Shown: piece by piece, positions 1-8,460 of the stretch
How the letters are laid out: the number at the start of each line of letters is the position of its first letter
Position numbering within the stretch: the first letter of the stretch is position 1
Assembly (NCBI GenBank): GCA_964624885.1
Contig: CAZUZY010000003.1
Location: 2,891-66,890 of the forward strand
Length of the DNA stretch: 64,000 bases
Direction: 5' to 3'
Origin: an uncultured Polyangiales bacterium
Lineage (GTDB): Bacteria > Myxococcota_A > Polyangia > Polyangiales > JADJMO01
Notes under the pieces: model-generated
What the model saw: only the letters and a program-made list of their open reading frames with translations
Told to the model about the DNA's origin: nothing
The model's database searches: none
Made by a program: the position numbers and the translations under genes

Positions 1-1139
1 TCCTGTCGGCCAACGCCCTCCGCGTCACCTCCGACATCCCGCTCGTCGTCTACCAGTTCAACGCCTTCGAGCCGACGTTCAGCAACGACGCCTCGCTGCT
101 CCTGCCGCGCAACGGGCTCGGCAAGATCCACCGCGTGCTCGGCTACCCCACCTCGAAGCCCGTGAAGATCCCTGGCTTCGACATCCTCGACCACGCGTTC
201 GTCACCATCATCGGCACGACGTCGAACACCAAGGTGAAGGTCACCCTCGGGCAGGCCATCGTCGCCGGCGGCCCGATCAAGACGCCCATGAAGAAGGGCG
301 AGGTGGTCGAGGTCACCCTGCAGCCGTTCGACGTGCTGAACCTCGAGTCGGACGGCATGCCTGGCGACATGACCGGCACCATCGTCGAGGCGGACGGACC
401 GATCGCGGTGTTCAGCGGCACCGAGGGCAGCACCGCGCCCGTCGGCGACACCGTGCCCAAGCCGCCCGGCTCCACCGGCTCCAAGTGCTGCGTCGACCAC
501 CTCGAGGAGCAGGTCTTCCCGGTCACCGCGATGGGCAAGAAGTTCGTCGTCACGCGGAGCCCCATCCGCTCGACGACCAGCTACCGCGAGCCCGACATCC
601 TCCGCTTCCTCGGCGTCGCCGAGACGGCCACGGTGACCACCACGCTCCCCCCGCCGTTCGACAAGTTCACGATCGCCCCGGGCGAGATGAAGGAGACCTG
701 GACCGACAAGGACATCATCGTCGAGTCCACCGCGCCGGTCGCCATCGGCCAGATCCTCGTCAGCCAGGAGTACGTCGACGGCGCGTACTCGGGCGATCCC
801 TCGCTGACCATCTTCCCCGCGGTCGAGCAGTACCGGCAGAACTACCTGTTCCTCGTGCCGCCCAAGTGGAGCAAGAACTACGTCGTCCTCTCGGCGCCCG
901 TCGGCGCGGAGATCAAGATCGACGGCGTGGTCCCCACCGACTGCGTGGTCGCCGCCGCGGGCAAGCTCGGCGCCGTGGACTACGAGGCGCGCCGCTGCCC
1001 AGTGAAGGACGGCGTCCGCCGCGTGGTCGGCGACAAGCCCTTCGGCGTGACCGCCTACGGCTACGGCCCGGCCGGCAGCTACGCGTTCACGGGCGGCGCG
1101 GACGTGAAGCCAATCTACACGCCGCCGCCGCTGAAGTGA
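1..1139 (+). CDS. Secreted repeat/beta-rich protein, C-terminal part (5' end outside window); IgGFc-binding-N-terminal-like domain suspected
   Basis: Frame 3 is open from the window edge (LSANALRVTSDIPLVVYQFNAFEPTFSNDASLLLP...) to TGA 1137-1139. It includes ORF-track piece 135..1139. Composition is protein-like. The domain call is from memory of myxobacterial proteins, not searched. Confidence 0.6.
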   Translation, partial: LSANALRVTSDIPLVVYQFNAFEPTFSNDASLLLPRNGLGKIHRVLGYPTSKPVKIPGFDILDHAFVTIIGTTSNTKVKVTLGQAIVAGGPIKTPMKKGEVVEVTLQPFDVLNLESDGMPGDMTGTIVEADGPIAVFSGTEGSTAPVGDTVPKPPGSTGSKCCVDHLEEQVFPVTAMGKKFVVTRSPIRSTTSYREPDILRFLGVAETATVTTTLPPPFDKFTIAPGEMKETWTDKDIIVESTAPVAIGQILVSQEYVDGAYSGDPSLTIFPAVEQYRQNYLFLVPPKWSKNYVVLSAPVGAEIKIDGVVPTDCVVAAAGKLGAVDYEARRCPVKDGVRRVVGDKPFGVTAYGYGPAGSYAFTGGADVKPIYTPPPLK

Positions 1140-1207
1140 CCACGCGGCTCACGCGCAGACGTCTGCGGGCGCGAGAGGACTGCAGGTGGACGAGCGCCAA
1201 TGCGTGA

Positions 1208-1831
1208 TCAAGGCATCACGTGCATCGATGCGTCGTCGATCAAGAAGCAGTTGCCGCCGCCCATGGCCTCCATCGAGAACGACATCGTGACCGCCGTCTT
1301 GGTGACGGTGAGCAGCGAGGTGGCGCGCCGCCAGGTGCCGTCGAGGGGGGCGGGGGACCCGAGGTCGTCCTCGATGATCGCGGTCGATGCCGCCCAGGTC
1401 GCGAGCGTGACCCGCGGGTTCGACACGCCCGCGTCGTCGGGCGAGGTGCGCACCTACGCCTCTGCGTAGTAGGTCTTGCCGACCACCGGCGCGCCCGAGA
1501 TCTCCTGTCGCAGGCCGAAATCGTACGCGCCGGCGTTGGAGCAGACCCGACACGAGCGCTTGCCGCCGTGGGCCATCGTGCTCTCTTCGGCCGTCGCTCC
1601 GTAAGCGCTCCATGCCGCGCAGCCGAGCTCGAAATCGCCGTTCTTCAGCAGCTCGACGACGCCGGTATCGCGGCCAGCATCCGTCACGCTCGTGTCGGTG
1701 CTGGTCGAGTCGACGAGCGTCTCGGTGGCGTTCGAGTCGACGGGGGCGATGGAGTCGGCCGCGGTCTCGACGTCCTCACCTTTGCAGCCCGAGAGGATCA
1801 CGAGGAGCACGAGAACGGCACCGCGAAGCAT
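1208..1831 (-). pseudogene. CBM/jelly-roll-like lipoprotein interrupted by an in-frame TAG
   Basis: ATG at 1831 gives MLRGAVLVLLVILSGC (lipobox)...LLKNGDFELGCAAW...GKTYYAEA. TAG lies at 1454-1456, and the same frame continues VRTSPDD...GGGNCFLIDDASMHVMP to TGA 1208-1210. ORF-track entries 1454..2131 and 1208..1453 are contiguous and in one frame. Confidence 0.6.
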
Positions 1832-1958
1832 GCCGCCATCGTAGAGAGGAAATCGAGAAAGGGCACGCCTCGCGTCGCTCGAATCCCGTCTGGACGGCGC
1901 CCTGCGTAGGCGAGGGGTTCGTCGAGCGATGTCACTGCCCAGCGACGTGTCGCAGGTG

Positions 1959-2339
1959 CTAGACCGCGAGGACTCGCACCCCTGGGAAGAACGCGCGCAG
2001 CCGCTCGAGGTCCGAGAGGTCGCTCGAGAAGACCACGTCACCGCGCAGGGCCGCGCTGGCCATGACGAAGGCGTCGATGGTCGTCGCACCCACGACGTCG
2101 CGCAGGGCCTCTCCGGCCAGACGGGCCACACCTTCGATCAGCGGCTCGACGTGCACCGCCGCGAGGAGGGCTTCTCGCAGGTCGGTGCGGCCACGCCACC
2201 ACTCACCGACGACCACGGTCGGGACGGTGACGCGTGTTCCCCGCTCCTGGATGCGGCGAAAACTGGTCCACGCTCGTGGCTTCCTGCGCTCCAGGGCCAC
2301 GAGCATCCCGGTGTCGAAGGTGACACCCTGGCTGGTCAC
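1959..2339 (-). CDS. vapC: PIN-domain toxin (VapC-like)
   Basis: 126 codons from GTG 2339: VTSQGVTFDTGMLVALERRK...TIDAFVMASA...VFSSDLSDL. The spacing of acidic residues is typical of PIN nucleases. There is a 4-nt GTGA overlap with the upstream antitoxin gene. Confidence 0.8.
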   Translation of the reverse strand: MTSQGVTFDTGMLVALERRKPRAWTSFRRIQERGTRVTVPTVVVGEWWRGRTDLREALLAAVHVEPLIEGVARLAGEALRDVVGATTIDAFVMASAALRGDVVFSSDLSDLERLRAFFPGVRVLAV

Positions 2340-2638
2340 GCAGCGGTCCTGCGCTTGGGCTTCTTGCGCGCGACCCTGCGGGCGAGCGCCCACCCCTCCT
2401 CGAGCTGCGCGTCGACCTCGGCGCGCTCCTCGTCCGTCGGCTCGCGACCGCCGTACCAGCGAAAGGCACGCTCGAAGGCGGCCTGACGCACGGCAACCTC
2501 GGTCATCTCGGTGATCAACGCCGACACGTTGCCTTGATGACGCTCCTCTGCGAGCGCCTTGAGCTTCTGCTTCGTGACCTTGTCGAGGGACACGCCGATG
2601 GTCTCGGTCGCACCTGGCCGACGGCGCCGCGCAGTCAT
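2336..2638 (-). CDS. vapB: Ribbon-helix-helix antitoxin (VapB/CopG-like)
   Basis: 100 codons from ATG 2638: MTARRRRPGATETIGVSLDKVTKQKLKALAEERHQGNVSALITEM. This shows the RHH beta-strand/helix pattern, with a basic C-terminal tail. The gene overlaps the PIN gene start. Confidence 0.75.
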   Translation of the reverse strand: MTARRRRPGATETIGVSLDKVTKQKLKALAEERHQGNVSALITEMTEVAVRQAAFERAFRWYGGREPTDEERAEVDAQLEEGWALARRVARKKPKRRTAA

Positions 2639-2718
2639 GCCTGCAAGTGTAGCATGAAAGCGACGAGGGGAGGCCGTGGCGCCCGCGCGCGACCGAGGAG
2701 GGGTCCACCTCGCCTGCA

Positions 2719-2752
2719 CGAGGGCAGCCCAGAGTGTAGATTCCTGCCCTCG
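2719..2752. promoter_or_regulatory. 9-bp inverted repeat CGAGGGCAG/CTGCCCTCG bracketing a TGTAGATT (-10-like) element
   Basis: The arms are at 2719-2727 and 2744-2752, and the 16-nt spacer contains AGTGTAGATT. It sits 13 nt upstream of ATG 2765, in the 126-bp divergent vapB/2765 intergenic region. A second AGTGTAG occurs at 2646-2652. Confidence 0.35.
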
Positions 2753-2764
2753 AGAGCTCGTGAC

Positions 2765-3160
2765 ATGGCAACAAGAAGGTCGACGACAGGCACGAAGGTG
2801 AGACCCCGCGCGAAGGGACCCCTGTCGCACCAGTCGGGGTGGCTGTCGATCTGGGCCGGTCACTTCGATTCAATCGACGAGCTCGAGCTCCACGTCGACT
2901 CGAGCGAGTTCGAGAAGCAGCACGGCTTCGTCATCGAGCCTCCCCTGCTGCCCTTCAACGCCTTCGCGGAAGAGGCGCCGCCCAAGGTCCTCGTGGGGCT
3001 GCTCCTGAAGAACAAGCAGCTGGTGGCGAAGGTGGCCGCGGCGATCGGTGACGAGCCGACGAATGCGCTCTTGTTGCACGAAGAGTGCGTGTTCGACGCG
3101 TCGCTCTCCCCGCGCGGCAAGAAGCGCATGCGGTTCCTCGGCAGCTGGCCGAAGCCCTAG
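2765..3160 (+). CDS. Small cytoplasmic hypothetical protein, immunity-protein-like
   Basis: ATG 2765, 131 aa, no signal peptide. WLSIWAGHFDSIDELELHVDSSEFEKQHGF recalls N-termini of Imm22-type immunity proteins (from memory). The upstream part of ORF 2534..3160 is Arg-rich noise. Confidence 0.55.
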   Translation: MATRRSTTGTKVRPRAKGPLSHQSGWLSIWAGHFDSIDELELHVDSSEFEKQHGFVIEPPLLPFNAFAEEAPPKVLVGLLLKNKQLVAKVAAAIGDEPTNALLLHEECVFDASLSPRGKKRMRFLGSWPKP

Positions 3161-3308
3161 CGAGACAGGTTCTTTCACGAGAGCTGGTACGCCCTCGTCG
3201 TCCAATGGAGATCGTCGCCAGAGAGGGCCTCGCGTGCGCAGCAGTCGGGACTGTAGCTCCGCAGAGGCGGCTCGCCCGATCAGTAGGCCGGTGGTACTCC
3301 TCGCAGGC

Positions 3309-5210
3309 ATGCGACTGCGCTCTGTCCTCGCGCCCGCCGTCGTCTCCGCCGTCCTCGCCACGGCCTGCAGGGGCGGCACGTCGAGCGCCCCGCGCGCGAC
3401 CGCACCGCCGAGCGCCCTCCCCGAGGGGGACTGGCCGCCGCTGGCCTTTGCGCTCGCCCTGCCGCCCGGCGATCCGCTCCCCAAGGGCGCGACGGCCCGC
3501 CTCGGCACGATGCGCTTCCGATCCACCTTCGGTCCCTACGTGGATCAGTTCGACCTCGTCGGTCACGACCGCCTGCTGGTGAGCGGGGGTCCGCTCACGG
3601 AGACGTGGACCGCTTCGACGGGTGTGAAGACGAGCTCTCCGAAGAGGGAGGGCAAGACGGTGGCGTCCGACGACGGCGGAGGTGTCGTGCTCACGGAGAC
3701 GCGCCTCGAACGCTGGGATTGGAACAAGGGCAAGGTCGTCGCCGGCCTGCCGCTGTCGAAGGACGACGGCGATCCCTCTTCGGCCGTGCTGCGGACCTCG
3801 CGCGACCAGCGCATCGTCGTCTTCCTCACGATTGCGGAGCGCGAGGGGTGCGCCATGGTCTTCTCGGACCTCGCCCGCGTCGGGAAGGTGTGCGCCAAGG
3901 GAAGGTCGCCCGCGCCCACGCACGGACAGTTCGCCCTCTCGGGCAACGGCCGAGTCCTCGCGTTCGTCGATGGGGACGGCGACGCGCGTGCGGCTCGCCT
4001 CGTGGAGCTCCCGAGCCGCAAGGAGCTCGGCCTCCATGGCAGTGACGTGCGCGCCCTCGCGGTCTCGGCCGACGGGTCGCGGCTCGCCTACACCGCGAAG
4101 CGCACGCTGCACGTGGTCGACGTGGCGACGGGAAAGGAGGTCCTCTCGTCCGCCGACGAGCGCATCGGCGACTTCGACGAGCTCACGTTCTCGTCCGACG
4201 GCGGGCGTCTCGCGGGCGCGGGCGCCGGTCGCGTCGCGGTGATCGACGCGGCCACGAAGGGGACGCTGTTCCGCGCGAGGGACCTGGCGCACGTGACCGC
4301 CCTCTCGCTCTCTCCTGCCGGAGACCAGGTCGCGTGGTATGCCAACGGCGCGATCCGCGTCGTCGACGTGGCGAGCGGTCGCGCCGCCGGCTCCGACGCC
4401 CCGTTCGGGATCCAAGCCGCCGCGCTCTCCCGGGACGGCGCCCGCGCCGCGCTCGTGTGGCCGGGGGGCGTGACGGTCTACGACGTGGCCTCCGGCCTCG
4501 AGAAGCGGCGGCACGTGGGCGAGGCGTACGCCGCCGCGTTCCTGGGCGACGACACCACCCTGGTCTTCGCGATGGCCGAAGGGCTCTTCTCCTCGAACGC
4601 CGAGGGCGCGGTGAAGAAGCTCTCCTCCACATCCTTCTACCGACTCGCGCTCGCGCCCGACGGCCGCTCGCTCGTCGCCTGGCTGACCACCCCGAACGGC
4701 GTCGCGTCCGCCGACATGCTCGCCGTCCTCGACGTCGCCACGATGCAAGCGCGATGGACGCTCCCTGCTCCGGTCGAAGGCCCGTACGTGGGGCGGGTGA
4801 CGTTCGGCCAGGACAAGAACACGCTCGTCCTGCACCGCGGCGATCGGCTGGAGCGCTTCGACCTCTCGACCGGCAAGAAGCTCGGCACGGTGGCCCTCGC
4901 GGACGTCCCTTACTACCGCGAGTGTCCGTCGTCCTTCAGCGATGGGGCGACGATCGAGCTCGCCCCTTCGGTGATCGACTGGACCGGCAAGGTCGTCGGC
5001 GCCGCGCCGTGCGCGCTGTCGTCCACGTTCGACGGCGCGAGCATGCTCCTCCTCGACGCGGCGCACGTCCTCTCGGTCCGGCAACGCACCCCCTCCACCA
5101 GCGCAGCCAAGCCGCTCGCGACGATCGAGGACGTGCGGTTCGGCGCGATCGAGCACCACCGTGCGCTGACCTGCGGCGACCACGCCTGCCTCGCGTGGCC
5201 GGCGCCGTAG
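3309..5210 (+). CDS. Beta-propeller (WD40/TolB-like) lipoprotein
   Basis: ATG 3309 gives MRLRSVLAPAVVSAVLATAC (lipobox). Blade signatures recur: SADGSRLAY, SSDGGRLAG, SPAGDQVAW, SRDGARAAL, APDGRSLVAW. In frame with ORF 3048..5210. Confidence 0.75.
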   Translation: MRLRSVLAPAVVSAVLATACRGGTSSAPRATAPPSALPEGDWPPLAFALALPPGDPLPKGATARLGTMRFRSTFGPYVDQFDLVGHDRLLVSGGPLTETWTASTGVKTSSPKREGKTVASDDGGGVVLTETRLERWDWNKGKVVAGLPLSKDDGDPSSAVLRTSRDQRIVVFLTIAEREGCAMVFSDLARVGKVCAKGRSPAPTHGQFALSGNGRVLAFVDGDGDARAARLVELPSRKELGLHGSDVRALAVSADGSRLAYTAKRTLHVVDVATGKEVLSSADERIGDFDELTFSSDGGRLAGAGAGRVAVIDAATKGTLFRARDLAHVTALSLSPAGDQVAWYANGAIRVVDVASGRAAGSDAPFGIQAAALSRDGARAALVWPGGVTVYDVASGLEKRRHVGEAYAAAFLGDDTTLVFAMAEGLFSSNAEGAVKKLSSTSFYRLALAPDGRSLVAWLTTPNGVASADMLAVLDVATMQARWTLPAPVEGPYVGRVTFGQDKNTLVLHRGDRLERFDLSTGKKLGTVALADVPYYRECPSSFSDGATIELAPSVIDWTGKVVGAAPCALSSTFDGASMLLLDAAHVLSVRQRTPSTSAAKPLATIEDVRFGAIEHHRALTCGDHACLAWPAP

Positions 5211-5227
5211 GCGCTCGCGCCGAGCCG

Positions 5228-6115
5228 ATGAAGATGACCGATGGACCGTACGGTGGTAACGGGTGCGGCGTCACGTCGACGAACGCACGCGTGCCTTCCT
5301 CCGTCGACCTCCCGCCCGTCCCCCACACAGCGTCCCCTCGTCCTCCCCGAGTGCCTTCCCCAACGGCCCCGCGCGCGCGGCGTCGGGTCCTCCGGGTCGA
5401 GACGGTCGTCTTCGGCACGCTGACCGAGACGCAACGAGAGGCCCTCGGCACCGAGCTCCACGCGCTCTGGAGCGAGTACTTCCACGGTCAGGATCGAGCC
5501 GCCTTCGTGCGCTCGCACCTGTTCGACGACACCACGTTGATCCTCGGGCGCGGGGTGGCCGGGGAGCTTGCCGGGTTCGGCTACATCAACCCTCGCGTTC
5601 TCACCGTCGAAGGGCGCGCCGTGCTCGTCCTCGGCGGGGGTGTCTTCAACCGGGTGAGCTACGCGGGCTCGGCCGCAGTCGCGCTCGGCTGCCTGGCCGC
5701 CGGCGCGAGGCTCCGCTTCCGCCACCGCGACAAGGACTGTGTCGCGGTCTCCGTCGCGACCCATCCGCTCATCTACGACCTCACCGCTCGAATGCTGCCG
5801 ACCATGGCCCCGGGCTCGGGTTCGCCGCCGCCGCCGTCGGCCCTCGAGATCGTGCACGAGGTCGCTCGGGCGCGCGGGCTGCCCGTCGACCCCACGGACC
5901 CCTGGCTCGTGCAGTTCTACGGGCGCGCAGCCCAGGCCGATCGACTCAAGGCCTCGCGGGCGTACGCGAGACGATCGCCAGCGATGGCGTGGTTCGAGGC
6001 TCACGCGCCGCGTTGGGCAGAGGGCCAGGCCCTCCTCGTCTGGGCGCCCGTCGACGCAGCCAACCTGTTGGGAGCCGCGGGGAGGCTCGCCCGTCACCTG
6101 CTTGCCCACGGGTGA
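5228..6115 (+). CDS. Hypothetical protein, possible GNAT-like acyltransferase fold (start uncertain)
   Basis: This is the C-terminal 250 aa of ORF 4334..6115: LRVETVVFGTLTETQREALGTELHALWSEYFHGQDRAAF...AGFGYINPRVLTVEGRAVLVLGGGVF. It is protein-like. ATG 5228 is the first ATG after the upstream stop, and GTG 5351 is an alternative. The codons 5228-5350 have weaker GC3. Confidence 0.5.
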   Translation: MKMTDGPYGGNGCGVTSTNARVPSSVDLPPVPHTASPRPPRVPSPTAPRARRRVLRVETVVFGTLTETQREALGTELHALWSEYFHGQDRAAFVRSHLFDDTTLILGRGVAGELAGFGYINPRVLTVEGRAVLVLGGGVFNRVSYAGSAAVALGCLAAGARLRFRHRDKDCVAVSVATHPLIYDLTARMLPTMAPGSGSPPPPSALEIVHEVARARGLPVDPTDPWLVQFYGRAAQADRLKASRAYARRSPAMAWFEAHAPRWAEGQALLVWAPVDAANLLGAAGRLARHLLAHG

Positions 6116-6150
6116 GGGTGTCACGGGCGAAGGGCTGGTACCGTCGGGGC

Positions 6151-8325
6151 GTGGAGCACGAAGACGAACGACAGGACCGGGGCACGCGCGAGGCCTACGA
6201 GCGCTACCTCGCGGGCATGGACGCCTCGATGCGCCAGAAGGTGGCGCTGACCGCGGCGCACTTGCTGGGGGTCGGACGGGTGGCCGACATGGGCATGGGC
6301 TCGGGCGCGGGGAGCCACGCCCTCGCGTGCTTGCACCCGCCGCTGCACGTGGTCGGGGTCGACCTCGATCCAGCGATGGTCTCGCTCGCCCGCGAGAAGT
6401 ACGTGGCGGAGAACCTCTCGTTCGTCGTCGGCGACATCGCCGAGGAGGTGTTCCCCGAAGGGACCCTCGACGGGATCCTCGACTCGTCGGTGCTCCACCA
6501 CGTCACCTCGTTCCGCGGCTACCGGTACGAGGAGGCCGCGCGTGCCCTCGCGGTCCAGACGCGCGCGCTGCGCGTGCACGGCACCCTCGTGGTGCGCGAC
6601 TTCGTGGCCCCCGAGCCGGGGATGTGCCTCCTCGACGTGCGGGACGACGACGGCGACGACTCCGACGATCCACGCCGCTGCTCGACCGCGGCGCTCCTCC
6701 GCCGCTTCCGCCGCGAGTTCCGCGCGCTCTCCGACGAGCCCGGCTTCCCGCTCGAGGAGGTCGCCTCTCCCGCGCCCGGCGTGCGGCGCCACCGCCTCTC
6801 GCACCGGCACGCGGTCGAGTTCGCGCTGCGCAAGGACTACCGTGTGGACTGGGAGGCCGAGGCCAAGGAGGAGTACTGCTACTTCACCCAGGCGGAGTTC
6901 GAGGCTTGCCTCGCGACGCTCGGCCTGCGCGTCCTCGCCTCGACGCCCATCTCCAACCCCTGGATCGTACGCAACCGCTTCGAGGGCCGGATCGCCCTCG
7001 CCGATCTCGAGGGTCGGCGGCTCCCCTGGCCGGCCACCAACACGCTCGTGGTGGGCGAGAAGGTGGGCCCGGGCGAGGGCGTGCGCATCGTGGAAGCAGG
7101 TCCCGCGTCGCCCCTCGGCTTCCTCGAGATGACCGCCCACGTCGATCGCCGCGACGGCCGCGTGCGCGACCTCGTGCGGCGCCCCAACACCACGGTCGAC
7201 GTGGTCCCCTGGTTCGTGCAAGCGGGCGATCTCTTCGTGCTCGCGCGCATGAGCTATCCGCGCGCGATCCTCGCGAGCGACGCGCAAGGGCTCTCGCTCG
7301 ACGGCGCGCGGGCGCCCCAGTACGTGACCGAGCCGCTCAACGTCCTGCAGACCGATCGCAGCCTCGGCGAGACCGTCGAACGCATGCTCGAGACGCACGC
7401 CTCGATCACACCGGAGCGGCTCCGCGGGTTCTCGCCCGGGGGCACCTACTACCCGTCGCCCGGGGGCACCCAGGAGGAGGTTCGCTCCGTGCTCGTCGAG
7501 ATCGAGCCGCTCCACTTGCAGGAGACCATCCCCAACGTGTCGGGGTTCAGCACCTCGGGCCGCGTGCGCGCCATCGAGGCCGAGCAGGTCCTGCGCGCCG
7601 CGCAGGTGGGCGGGCTGCCGGACGCGCGGCTCGAGCTCAACGTCTACGATCTGATGCTCGATCGCGGGCAGGTGCCCGGCCCCTGGCTCGGCGAGCAGAT
7701 CACGCTGCGCGAGGGCGGAGGCGGCGTGCTCACCGATCTGACCACGCTCGGTGCGCGGCCTCCCCGGCGAGCGTTCGCGCGCGGCGCCGGGGGCGCGGGC
7801 TTCCTCGATCTGCGGGCGTCTCGCTTCGACGAGCTCGATCGCGAGGGGCGCGTGGTCGCCTCGGCGGTGCTCGAGTACGTGGTGCCGAAGACCCGCAGCG
7901 CGACGTCGGTGGCGTGCGCGCTCCTCCTCCGTCGCGGCGACGTGGTCCACCTCGGCGTGTGCGACGAGGATCTGCCCGCGGCCCAGTGCTTCCTCGGCAA
8001 CAGCCAGCTCCTGGTCGCCCCCGCGTGGCGACTGCCCCGCGACCTCCGGTTCGTGCACGACGCGCGCGCCTTCCTCGCCGATCGCCTGCTCGCGGAGCAC
8101 GGGGTCCGCGCGGGCAGCGTCTGGGATCTCGGCGGTCGCTACCACCCTTCGGCGGGGCTCTCACCCGAGGTGGTGGTCCCGATGGCGGTCGAGGTGCTCG
8201 AGGCGGGGAGCTCGCTCTCGTGGGTCCCGCTTTCGAGCGTGGGGCCGCACCGCGACGAGCTGCTCGACGGCCACCTGCGGATCGTGGCCCTGCGCGCGGC
8301 CCATGCGCTCGGTCTGCTCGGGTAG
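6151..8325 (+). CDS. Class I SAM-dependent methyltransferase fused to two degenerate Nudix-fold-like domains
   Basis: GTG 6151 (alternative ATG 6211). VADMGMGSGAGSHALA...VVGVDLDP...FVVGDIA...LDSSVLHHV match MTase motifs I-III. The C-terminal ~480 aa contain two similar modules ending YYPSPGGTQEEVRSVLVE and YHPSAGLSPEVVVPMAVE, which is ADP-ribose-pyrophosphatase-like; this is inference. Confidence 0.7.
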   Translation: MEHEDERQDRGTREAYERYLAGMDASMRQKVALTAAHLLGVGRVADMGMGSGAGSHALACLHPPLHVVGVDLDPAMVSLAREKYVAENLSFVVGDIAEEVFPEGTLDGILDSSVLHHVTSFRGYRYEEAARALAVQTRALRVHGTLVVRDFVAPEPGMCLLDVRDDDGDDSDDPRRCSTAALLRRFRREFRALSDEPGFPLEEVASPAPGVRRHRLSHRHAVEFALRKDYRVDWEAEAKEEYCYFTQAEFEACLATLGLRVLASTPISNPWIVRNRFEGRIALADLEGRRLPWPATNTLVVGEKVGPGEGVRIVEAGPASPLGFLEMTAHVDRRDGRVRDLVRRPNTTVDVVPWFVQAGDLFVLARMSYPRAILASDAQGLSLDGARAPQYVTEPLNVLQTDRSLGETVERMLETHASITPERLRGFSPGGTYYPSPGGTQEEVRSVLVEIEPLHLQETIPNVSGFSTSGRVRAIEAEQVLRAAQVGGLPDARLELNVYDLMLDRGQVPGPWLGEQITLREGGGGVLTDLTTLGARPPRRAFARGAGGAGFLDLRASRFDELDREGRVVASAVLEYVVPKTRSATSVACALLLRRGDVVHLGVCDEDLPAAQCFLGNSQLLVAPAWRLPRDLRFVHDARAFLADRLLAEHGVRAGSVWDLGGRYHPSAGLSPEVVVPMAVEVLEAGSSLSWVPLSSVGPHRDELLDGHLRIVALRAAHALGLLG

Positions 8326-8460
8326 GACCTGCCGGCTCGGCTGGTGCGACGGACGGCCCTTTGCTCCACGACAACGACGGACCGGACACCGTGAAACACA
8401 GTGGAACACCGGGCCTTCTCGCAGCTGGTCTCCACGTCGCGAACATGATGAGCTGGCCGC

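Noticed and set aside
2955-5183. Very long ORFs on the strand opposite to called genes. Examples: 2955..5183(-) 742 aa, 6121..8145(-) 674 aa, 18226..21519(+) 1097 aa, 60388..63822(-) 1144 aa, 5739..9260(+) 1173 aa.
   Set aside because: Their translations are dominated by Arg/Ala/Gly/Pro/Glu runs with no motifs. They are the expected stop-poor shadow frames of ~70% GC coding DNA. In each case the partner frame gives a protein with recognisable motifs and signal peptides.
5241-5423. 60-aa ORF 5241..5423(+), and the Pro/Arg-rich N-terminal extension of the 5228..6115 gene, considered as separate small genes.
   Set aside because: The translations are low-complexity and Arg/Pro/Ser-rich, typical of off-frame or non-coding high-GC sequence. 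I only flag that the true start of the 6115-ending gene is uncertain (ATG 5228 vs GTG 5351).
8395-8425. Sigma-54-like TGGAAC...(GC) upstream of the low-GC orphan gene, and TGGCAATTGCTGCC at about 57418-57431 upstream of the cytochrome c gene.
   Set aside because: The GG-to-GC spacing does not match the GG-N10-GC rule when counted by hand.
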